A DNA stretch of 26,382 bases from Pedosphaera sp. (GTDB lineage Bacteria > Verrucomicrobiota > Verrucomicrobiia > Limisphaerales > SIBH01). Position 1 is the stretch's first letter. Each line of letters starts with the position of its first letter. Shown here one piece after another: positions 15,254-22,574 of this stretch. The stretch lies in contig JANNGC010000885.1 in assembly GCA_031380445.1 (NCBI GenBank), positions 1 through 26,382 on the forward strand, written 5' to 3'. A model generated the notes under the pieces. It made no database searches. It was not told where the DNA came from and saw nothing but the letters and a program-made list of their open reading frames with translations. Made by a program: the position numbers and the translations under genes.

Positions 15254-17281
15254 TCACTCCGCCTGAATGCGCGCGATGTCATCAATGTGATCCACGACGA
15301 CTTTCAGCGTCTTGGTGGTCACACCGTTCGCGTGGCCGTTGCGGGAGCGGCGGGCGAGTTTGATTTTGTGTTCCACGTCCTCGGTGGTCTCGATCATCAC
15401 GAGCCGGCCTTCCTGCTCGAGGTGGTGATCAATCGCGCCGATTTTTCCACGGAAGATGCTATAGACCGGCACGCCGAGCGCGGCGGCCTCGCGGTTCATG
15501 GTGCCGCCACCGCTGACCACCAGATCGGAATGCCAGAGCAGATTCAAACCATCCACCGCCGTGCGCGGAATGACGGTGCGCGCCGCGCCGAACCATTGCG
15601 GCCAGTTCTTGCGGATGAGTTCGCCCTGCTTCGTGTTGCGCGGGAGCAGCACGATGCGGACATCCTTTTCCTTGCAGGCCAGTTCCATGAAGCGCACGAA
15701 CAGCGCCTCGCTTTCAGGGTTGTGATAATGCGCCTCGGTCGCTGGCGGGCGCACGGTGATGAGCATCTCCTCGGAGCGGATGCCAAGCGCACTCAGGAAA
15801 TCCGGGTCGCGCCGCATCCGGCTCACGTACACATCTTCCTTGATGCCGGGATATTTGCGGATGCGTTCAGGCGGGGCGCAGAGGGCTTCGTTCGGAATCA
15901 CTTCGGGCACCATCTCCCACGTCGGGCGCATGAGCGGCGGGTATTGCGCGAACTCGTAGTCGGCCATCAGCACGGTGGGAATGCCGAGCAGATTGCAAAT
16001 GATGAGCTGCGACCGCGCGCCGTGCGACAGCGCCAGATCAGGTTTCTCACGCCGCACGAACGGCAGCAACTGGCAGGCGCGGTAGAACAGGCCGAGCACC
16101 TTGACCAACTTGTTCTTGCCGTAGTGCCGTCCGACTTTCGTGTAGCGCACGCCTTTCTGGTCGGCGAGTTCGCACACTTGAAACGCGTCACGCGCCGTAA
16201 GCACGACTTCAAAGCCGCGCGCGCGCAACTCGTCAATGATCGGCTCGAAGAACGGGACGTGCGGCGTGTTGTCGAGGTCGATCCAGATTTTCTGGCGCTT
16301 CGCGGGCGTGGGACGGGGGGGTGGTGCGACGCCGTTCCCATTCAATACAGGTGAAGCGACAAGCGCGGGCGCGAGTTGCTTCCGGGCCAGAGCGGCGACT
16401 TCATTCGGCAGCGCGGCCCAGTATTGCCCCTCGTATTTCTGCTTCGCGTAATCGAGGAACTCCGCGTAGCGCGCGATGGGATACGACTGGCCTGGCTCGC
16501 CCGGCCCGTTGAGATCCATGTAGTCGGGATGCACGTCGAGCATGGCCATGCCGCCGTGCTCGGCGATCCAGTCGAGCTTCTTCTTCCAAATCTCGATGCC
16601 CTCCTCCTGCAAGAGCAGGAAGAGCGTGAAATCTTGCGCGAGCGTGTAGGGCAGCTCGACGTAACCGGGCCGGCCCGGCGCAGAAACCCAGAACGGGAAA
16701 ATTGTGTCCACACCGTCGGGCTGCGGCTCGAACGGATCGGTGTCGAACGTGGAGCAGTCGTAATCCGCCTCGAGATCGTGCAGCCATTCGAGATTGTGGT
16801 GCATGAAGCCGGAGCGGAAACCGGTGGCCTGCCATTCGCGCAGGTAGCGGTTGATGTTCGCGGCGTTGCGGCGGAATTCGTCGCGCGACCAGTAGAGCTT
16901 GCCGTCGTGGTGCAGATCATGAACACCGACTTCAAAACCGTTCTTCGTCAGGAACGCACGGAACTCGGGCGGGACACGGTAGTCACCTTCCGGCACAAAG
17001 TTGAACGCGGAGCGGAAGCCGCGCGACATCTCCAACTCGGCCAAAGCGCGGCAGCGTTCCAGACCGCCCGCACGCTCAACGTCGTGCGTGAGGACGAGCG
17101 CGAATTTTTTCCCGTCCGGCCAGCCCTGCCAGCCGGCGGGCGGTTTTTCGGTGCCGGGCTTGATCGGCCATTCGTGCGCGAAGGCGCGCTGCCGCCGTCC
17201 CGCGCGCCAGCGCCGGAACGCGAGCCGCAGGCCGTGCGGCATGAACGGTTTCAGCCGGTAATATGTGCGGAGGAGGAACAT
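15254..17281 (-). CDS. Two-domain protein: N-terminal polysaccharide deacetylase-like domain plus C-terminal DUF354 (GT-B-fold) domain, 675 aa
   Basis: N-terminal part: LVLTHDVE, EVGVHDLHHDG, GFRSG, ELPYTLAQD, LDVHPDY. Pro-rich linker. C-terminal part: KIWIDLDNTPHVPFF, SHGARS, VVSGGGTMNREAAALGVPVYSIF (DUF354-type). Confidence 0.75.
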   Translation of the reverse strand: MFLLRTYYRLKPFMPHGLRLAFRRWRAGRRQRAFAHEWPIKPGTEKPPAGWQGWPDGKKFALVLTHDVERAGGLERCRALAELEMSRGFRSAFNFVPEGDYRVPPEFRAFLTKNGFEVGVHDLHHDGKLYWSRDEFRRNAANINRYLREWQATGFRSGFMHHNLEWLHDLEADYDCSTFDTDPFEPQPDGVDTIFPFWVSAPGRPGYVELPYTLAQDFTLFLLLQEEGIEIWKKKLDWIAEHGGMAMLDVHPDYMDLNGPGEPGQSYPIARYAEFLDYAKQKYEGQYWAALPNEVAALARKQLAPALVASPVLNGNGVAPPPRPTPAKRQKIWIDLDNTPHVPFFEPIIDELRARGFEVVLTARDAFQVCELADQKGVRYTKVGRHYGKNKLVKVLGLFYRACQLLPFVRREKPDLALSHGARSQLIICNLLGIPTVLMADYEFAQYPPLMRPTWEMVPEVIPNEALCAPPERIRKYPGIKEDVYVSRMRRDPDFLSALGIRSEEMLITVRPPATEAHYHNPESEALFVRFMELACKEKDVRIVLLPRNTKQGELIRKNWPQWFGAARTVIPRTAVDGLNLLWHSDLVVSGGGTMNREAAALGVPVYSIFRGKIGAIDHHLEQEGRLVMIETTEDVEHKIKLARRSRNGHANGVTTKTLKVVVDHIDDIARIQAE

Positions 17282-17290
17282 CAGCGGAGC

Positions 17291-17363
17291 AATGACGAAT
17301 GACGAATGACGAATGGAGGGAGGGCGCGCGACGGCGTTATTGGGTCATTCGTCATTCGTCATT
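17291..17363. repeat. Perfect 20-bp inverted repeat made of tandem AATGACG heptamers (STRR-like)
   Basis: (AATGACG)x3 plus AATG at 17291-17315. GTCATTC-GTCATTC-GTCATT at 17344-17363 is the exact reverse complement of 17291-17310. Confidence 0.9.
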
Positions 17364-17646
17364 TGGATTTCACACAGGCAGACTTCGTCCCCGTCAATTC
17401 GCAGTCACGCGATTGCCTGGCGTCGTCTCGTGTTGTTCTCATGGGGGTGAAATGCGAAAGGCGCGCGGCGCAAAGTCCGTGCGTTCGATCCCACCTTTTT
17501 GCGCCCCGGATAATTCCGGGGCAACTCTCCATCGTCACATTTTCCAGCTTGCGACAATGTTTTCGTCTTCTAACTCAGGAAAATTTCCGCCGCGCGCAAG
17601 GCGGCCCGGCCAGGTTGGCGGCGTGGTTCGCACACCGATGGCCGTT

Positions 17647-19851
17647 TCACACCCCTTGCTGCAACCACTTGGGCACCGGGTCGCGCACCTTGTTCAGCAC
17701 CGCGCTGACGGGCGCCTTCGAGCGCGCGAGCAGACGGCTGGCCTGCTTGACCGACTCCTGCGTGTCCTTCTCCGACTCCACGACGAGGATGACCAAATCC
17801 ATCATGCCGGCGAGGCGCGCGGTCATGGTGGTGGGCGTGGTCGGGGGCAGATCGAAAACTATGTAGTCGTAATCGCACACGCGCAGCTTGGGCACGATGC
17901 GCGCGAGCTGCTTCGGCAGGCTCTGCGTCGCCGGATCGTTCGGGTTGCCGGCGGTGGCGACGTAGAGATTCTGCAAAACTTTGCCATTCGAGCGTTTGTC
18001 GAGTTCGAGCGCGTCGGCCAGACCGCAGGCGAGTTCGCCGCGATAGAATGGATGCGCCGCCTCGGCTTCGTAATTCAAATTCAGCAAGAGCACGTTGCCG
18101 TCACCCGTCTCGGAAAGCGCGCCCGCGAGACCGGCGGCGATGGACGTGACCCCTGCGTTGCCGCCGCAACTGGTGATGCCGATGAGTTTGGGCTTGTGCG
18201 GGTCGCCGCCGAAGTGCGTGAGCGTGGCGTCGCGCACGCCGTCAATGTAGCGGCGCAGCGGATGCTCGGCGTCCCACGTCTGGTGCAAGTCCGTGGCGGT
18301 CGCGGGCAGGCCGGCTTTCTTGTCGTCCTCGTCTTCCTCATCCTTCGGTCCGGGGAAGGGCAGCATCTTCGCGTGACCGTTCAGGCCGAGTTTGGGAATG
18401 GACAGGAACAGCGGCATCTTCAGCTTCGTCTCGATTTCCGAAGCCTTGCGAATGGTGTGATCCACAAACATCTCGATGAAGAACGCCAGGCCGAGACCGG
18501 CGAGCAGGAATCCGACGAACGTTCCGATGACGAATTTGAGGCGCTGCGAGACGTTCGGCGCGGGCGGCGAAGGAGTCTGCGCGGACTGGATGTTCGACAT
18601 CTTGGCCTCGGCCATCTTGTCGTCGAACTTCGAGGCCTGGAGTCCGTTCACGACGTAGTCATAATTTTTCTTGTTCAGATCCAGCTTGCGCTGCACGTCG
18701 GCGATGGACGCCTCCAAGCCGTCAATGGTGGACAGTTCGGCGCGCACTTCAACGATCTGGTTGCTGATGACGTTGAGTTTCGATTCCGCCGCGATCAGCA
18801 GACGCGGATTGGTGCGGGCTTCGAGCGGAGAGCCGGGCAGGATGGGCGCGGCGACGGGCAGAGCGGTCAGTTTCGGAAATTCCTTCTCCAGCGCGGCCTT
18901 CTTCTTTTCCTGCTCCTCGATCTGGCGGCGCAAGGTCACGACTTGCGGGTTTTCGTCGGTGAATTTCGCGGTCAGGTCGAACTCGTTCGCGCGCATGGAT
19001 TCGAGCCGTCCGAGGACGACGCGATACTCATTGAGCTTCGTGGCGGGCAGCGCGCTGGGCACGCTGTTCGTCTCGGGCGTCGGCGCGGCGGTGGTGCCAA
19101 GCACGGCGCGCAAGTCGGCGATGTCCGCCTCGGCGTCATTGTGCTTCTGACGCAGCCGAGCCAGTTCGGCCGCGAGGTTGTTCTTCGACTCGACCACGGA
19201 GACGACGCCGGCCTTGCGGTTGAGCTTCTGCAAGTCCGCCTCGTTTTCGTGGATGCGGGTCAGGAGATCATTGGCCTCTTCGGAGAGGATGCCTTCGTAG
19301 TTGCGCCCGGTGTGGTGGATCTTTTTGTGGCGCTTGAAATACTCCTCGATGATCTCGTTCAGCACGTTCTGGCAGATCGTCGGATCCCGGTGCGAGAAGC
19401 GCACCTTGATGGCGTTATTACGATGCGGGTTGTTCAGCTCCAACCCCTTGAACACCACTTCGGCGGCCGAGGCGACGTTGCTACCCTTGCCCTTGCCGAG
19501 CAATTTCTCCGGGCCGACGCGCCGCGCCACTTCCTCGCAGAGATCGTAGCTGGTGAGAATTTCCATCTCGGTGTTGATGACGTTTTCACCGCCGAAATCC
19601 GGCATCTTGGTCTGCGAACCAGCGGCCTCGACCGAACGTGTGGAGGTGACGTAACGGACAATCAGCTTCGCCTCCGACCAATACAGCGTCGTCTGCGTGA
19701 AGAACACGATGAGGCCCGCGAGCAGGCCCGCCGCGAGACAGCCGAGGATGACCCACTTCTGGCGGAAGAGCACGTAGTAGATGTCCGTGAGCTTCATGCC
19801 CAGGGCCGGCACCTCGAACGCTTCCTTCTTGTTGTGTTTAGCTTCCATCAT
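17647..19851 (-). CDS. wzc: Wzc-like polysaccharide co-polymerase / chain-length determinant with degenerate BY-kinase domain, about 734 aa
   Basis: TM1 (KWVILGCLAAGLLAGLIVFF), long coiled-coil periplasmic region, TM2 (FVIGTFVGFLLAGLGLAFF), then P-loop-like ITSCGGNAGVT and Walker B YDYIVFDLPP. Start at ATG 19851 or 19848. Confidence 0.9.
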   Translation of the reverse strand: MMEAKHNKKEAFEVPALGMKLTDIYYVLFRQKWVILGCLAAGLLAGLIVFFTQTTLYWSEAKLIVRYVTSTRSVEAAGSQTKMPDFGGENVINTEMEILTSYDLCEEVARRVGPEKLLGKGKGSNVASAAEVVFKGLELNNPHRNNAIKVRFSHRDPTICQNVLNEIIEEYFKRHKKIHHTGRNYEGILSEEANDLLTRIHENEADLQKLNRKAGVVSVVESKNNLAAELARLRQKHNDAEADIADLRAVLGTTAAPTPETNSVPSALPATKLNEYRVVLGRLESMRANEFDLTAKFTDENPQVVTLRRQIEEQEKKKAALEKEFPKLTALPVAAPILPGSPLEARTNPRLLIAAESKLNVISNQIVEVRAELSTIDGLEASIADVQRKLDLNKKNYDYVVNGLQASKFDDKMAEAKMSNIQSAQTPSPPAPNVSQRLKFVIGTFVGFLLAGLGLAFFIEMFVDHTIRKASEIETKLKMPLFLSIPKLGLNGHAKMLPFPGPKDEEDEDDKKAGLPATATDLHQTWDAEHPLRRYIDGVRDATLTHFGGDPHKPKLIGITSCGGNAGVTSIAAGLAGALSETGDGNVLLLNLNYEAEAAHPFYRGELACGLADALELDKRSNGKVLQNLYVATAGNPNDPATQSLPKQLARIVPKLRVCDYDYIVFDLPPTTPTTMTARLAGMMDLVILVVESEKDTQESVKQASRLLARSKAPVSAVLNKVRDPVPKWLQQGV

Positions 19852-19859
19852 CAATCGCC

Positions 19860-20954
19860 TCAACTCAGGTGCGGATAAACCGCGCGGCCAAGGCAGCGGG
19901 AAACCGCCACTGGCATTAGAGCAAACAACCGGGCCTGAAGGCCAGCCGCCAGATCGCTTGTTTTGACAAACTGCCGCCGGGCGAAATCGTAACGGGCGTA
20001 GCGGATCACCCGCTCGTCCGCGCCCCACTGCCGCTTGAACCGCCGCAAGCCTTCGTTGGCCTGCGAGGTCTTGCCGAAATCCAGTTCCATCACGCCCGCG
20101 TCCATCAGACGGCGCAAGCTCTGCCAGATCACGAGATTAGGACCGCGCAATTCCTGAAAGCGTTCATCCGAGGCGCTGAACTTGTAGATGGCCGTGCGCG
20201 CGAAACGGAAGAAAACCGCGCCCGCGATGGCTTTGCCCTCGTGCTTGGCCAAGGCGATGAAACCGTGGCCCTTCTCCAGAATGTTCCGGCCCAGCGACTC
20301 GAAGAAACGGAACGGCTGCGGCGGTGCGCCGTGTTTCGTGCGCGTGCGACAGTGCAGTTCGTAGTAGGCGCGCACAGCGGCGGCGTCCGTGGCGAACTCG
20401 ACGGTCACGCCCGCGCGTTCGGCCTTGCGGATATTGCGCTGCACGGAGTTGTCGAACTTCGCGAAGGCGTCCTCGGCCTTGAGATTCAAGCCGAGAACAT
20501 GGCCGTGGAAGGCCACCGACTCGGGCAAATGGTGGAACAGTTCATGGCCGCCGCGCAGTTCGAGATATTTCCAGCCGCGCGACAGGCCCTCGTGCGTGGC
20601 GACACTGAGCAGAGACTCAGCGGTGACGCCCGGCGTGAGCAGCGGCGCGCATTCGTCCGTGAACGGGAGCGACACGCCGCGCTTTCCGCGCAGCCAGCTT
20701 CGCGCCTCCATCAGCGGCAGCAGCCCGCGCAATTCATCGCCGCTCGTCGCGACCACGTAGCGCGGCTCGAAACCGTAGGCGTCCGCGAGCGTCTTCGCCC
20801 ACGCCGCGCTGTGGAAAAAAGTCGCGTGCGGATGGGTCCAGAGCAGCGCGTCCCACGTCGTGTCCTCGATGGGATTCACGATCCGCAAATCCATCGAAGC
20901 CCCGGCGCAGGAAAGCGCGGGCGGCACAATGGAGATGGCGGGGGCGGCGGTCAT
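19860..20954 (-). CDS. FemAB-like GNAT acyltransferase (Acetyltransf_6 / CelD-BcsL type), 364 aa
   Basis: ATFFHSAAW, GLLPL, SLPFTD, YLELRG, RNIRKAERAGV, AIYKFSAS, LDFGKT...GLRRFKRQWGA. Start 20954 (ATGA overlap) or 20894. Confidence 0.85.
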   Translation of the reverse strand: MTAAPAISIVPPALSCAGASMDLRIVNPIEDTTWDALLWTHPHATFFHSAAWAKTLADAYGFEPRYVVATSGDELRGLLPLMEARSWLRGKRGVSLPFTDECAPLLTPGVTAESLLSVATHEGLSRGWKYLELRGGHELFHHLPESVAFHGHVLGLNLKAEDAFAKFDNSVQRNIRKAERAGVTVEFATDAAAVRAYYELHCRTRTKHGAPPQPFRFFESLGRNILEKGHGFIALAKHEGKAIAGAVFFRFARTAIYKFSASDERFQELRGPNLVIWQSLRRLMDAGVMELDFGKTSQANEGLRRFKRQWGADERVIRYARYDFARRQFVKTSDLAAGLQARLFALMPVAVSRCLGRAVYPHLS

Positions 20955-22072
20955 GCGGTCACCAGAGATTTTTCCACCCAGGCGCGCACCGCGCCCGCGA
21001 CGTATTCCACCTGCTCCGGCGTGAGTTCCGGGAACATGGGCAGCGAGACAAATTCATCCGCACAACGCTCGGCCACCGGGAATGAGCCGCGTCCCAGTCC
21101 GAGCGAACGATATGCCTCCTGCAAATGCACCGGCACGGGATAATGGATGCCGGAGCCAATGCCCTGCGCCGTGAGCGCGCGCATCAACTCATCGCGCTTC
21201 GGCGCGCGAATCGCGTAGATGTGGAAGACGTGCGTGCGGCCCGGCGCGGTCGTGGGCAAAATAATTTCGTCGAGGCCGGACAACAGTTCGGTGTAGTGCG
21301 CGGCGTGCTGGCGGCGCAGATCATTCCCAGCGGCCAGCCGCTTCAATTTGATCGAGAGCGCCGCGCCTTGAATGCCGTCCATGCGGCCGTTCCAGCCAAT
21401 CATCGAGTGATGATATTTCTTCGCCTGGCCGTGGTCGCGGAGCGTGTCCATCGCCTGCTTCAACTCCGGGCGGTTCGTCACCGTCCCGCCGGCTTCGCCG
21501 AGCGCGCCGAGATTCTTGCCGGGATAAAAACTGAACGCACCGGCGTCGCCGATGGTGCCGGCCTGACGGCCTTTGTATTCCGCGCCGTGCGCCTGGCAGG
21601 CGTCCTCGACGATGGGCAGCTTGTGCCGGCGGGCGATTTCCAGAATCGGATCCATGTCCGCCGTCTGACCGAAGAGCTGGACGGGAACAATCGCCTTGGT
21701 GCGCGGCGTGATGGCGCGTTCGAGCAGCGTCGCGTCCATCGTGTAAGTCTCTTCGTCAATGTCCACGAACACGGGCTTCGCGCCGCAGTAGCTGATCGCT
21801 TCCGCCGTCGCCATGAACGTGCTCGGCACGGTGATGACTTCATCACCCGGCCCGACGCCGAGCGCGAGCAGCGCAAACCACAGCGCGTCCGTGCCGTTGC
21901 CGACGGCGCAAGTGTGCTTCGCGCCACAGAACGTGGCGAACTCGCGCTCGAATTTCTCGACGTAGCTGCCGCCCGCGAAGGCGCTGGCGTCAATCACCGC
22001 CTCGATGGCGGCGCGCAACTCGTCACGCATCGGCTCGTGATGGAGCCGGAGATTAAGAAAGGGAACCTGCAT
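20951..22072 (-). CDS. DegT/DnrJ/EryC1/StrS PLP-dependent sugar aminotransferase, about 373 aa
   Basis: VGNGTDAL, VPVQLFGQ, EDACQAHGA, FSFYPGKNLGALGEAG (PLP lysine), GWNGRMDGIQ. ATG at 22072 (MQVPFLNL). Confidence 0.95.
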   Translation of the reverse strand: MQVPFLNLRLHHEPMRDELRAAIEAVIDASAFAGGSYVEKFEREFATFCGAKHTCAVGNGTDALWFALLALGVGPGDEVITVPSTFMATAEAISYCGAKPVFVDIDEETYTMDATLLERAITPRTKAIVPVQLFGQTADMDPILEIARRHKLPIVEDACQAHGAEYKGRQAGTIGDAGAFSFYPGKNLGALGEAGGTVTNRPELKQAMDTLRDHGQAKKYHHSMIGWNGRMDGIQGAALSIKLKRLAAGNDLRRQHAAHYTELLSGLDEIILPTTAPGRTHVFHIYAIRAPKRDELMRALTAQGIGSGIHYPVPVHLQEAYRSLGLGRGSFPVAERCADEFVSLPMFPELTPEQVEYVAGAVRAWVEKSLVTA

Positions 22073-22574
22073 GGGATTTTTTAGAGTCAGACATTTTCCG
22101 CAGCACGCGCGCGGGATTGCCGGCGACAATCGCGCCGGCAGGAACATCTTTCGTGACTACGCTGCCCGCGCCGACAATGGCGCGCTCGCCGATGGTCAGG
22201 CCGCAAAGGATCGTGGCGTTCGAGCCGATGGACGCGCCGCGCTTCACGACCGTTTTTTCGCACGCCCATTCGGCATCGGTCTTCGGCAGACCCTCGTCAT
22301 TCGTGGCGCGCGGGAAACGGTCGTTGGTGAACATGACGCCGTGGCCGATGAACACTTCGTCTTCGAGCGTCACGCCTTCGCAGAGGAACGAGTGGCTTTG
22401 AATCTTGCAGTTGTTGCCCACGACCGCGCCCTTCTGGATTTCCACGAACGTCCCGATGCGCGTGTCGTCGCCGATGGTGCAGCCGTAAAGATTGACGAAG
22501 CCGGGGAGCCGGACATTCCGGCCCAGCTTCACATCAGCGGCGATGCGACAGAGAGGATTGGCTTCGCTGCTCAT
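22053..22574 (-). CDS. LbH N-acetyltransferase (WbpD/WlbB/FdtC-like), about 173 aa
   Basis: IGDDTRIGTFVEIQKG, CKIQSHSFLCEGVTLEDEVFIGHGVMFTNDRFPRA, VAGNPAR. ATG at 22574 overlaps the upstream TGA. The ORF-track extension to 23162 is spurious. Confidence 0.92.
   Translation of the reverse strand: MSSEANPLCRIAADVKLGRNVRLPGFVNLYGCTIGDDTRIGTFVEIQKGAVVGNNCKIQSHSFLCEGVTLEDEVFIGHGVMFTNDRFPRATNDEGLPKTDAEWACEKTVVKRGASIGSNATILCGLTIGERAIVGAGSVVTKDVPAGAIVAGNPARVLRKMSDSKKSHAGSLS

Noticed and set aside
15156-17363. Short tandem repeats as CRISPR or iteron arrays
   Set aside because: Units are 7-10 nt, directly adjacent and inverted, with no unique spacers and no cas or rep genes.
17359-17442. 27-aa minus-strand mini-ORF (MRTTRDDARQSRDCELTGTKSACVKSK) ending in the heptamer arm
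   Set aside because: Too short, with no motif or clear ribosome-binding signal. A leader-peptide role cannot be supported from the sequence.
17503-17522. 8-bp GC hairpin as a rho-independent terminator
   Set aside because: It is not followed by a U-tract on either strand (A-tract on the coding strand). Kept only as an unexplained dyad.
17299-19878. 859-aa plus-strand ORF, and similar long antisense ORFs (248-1480, 1116-2321, 2410-3441, 4477-5796, 8479-9834, 10659-11984, 22598-23821)
   Set aside because: They lie antisense to clearly recognisable minus-strand genes and have no recognisable motifs. Long stop-free shadow frames are expected in high-GC coding DNA.
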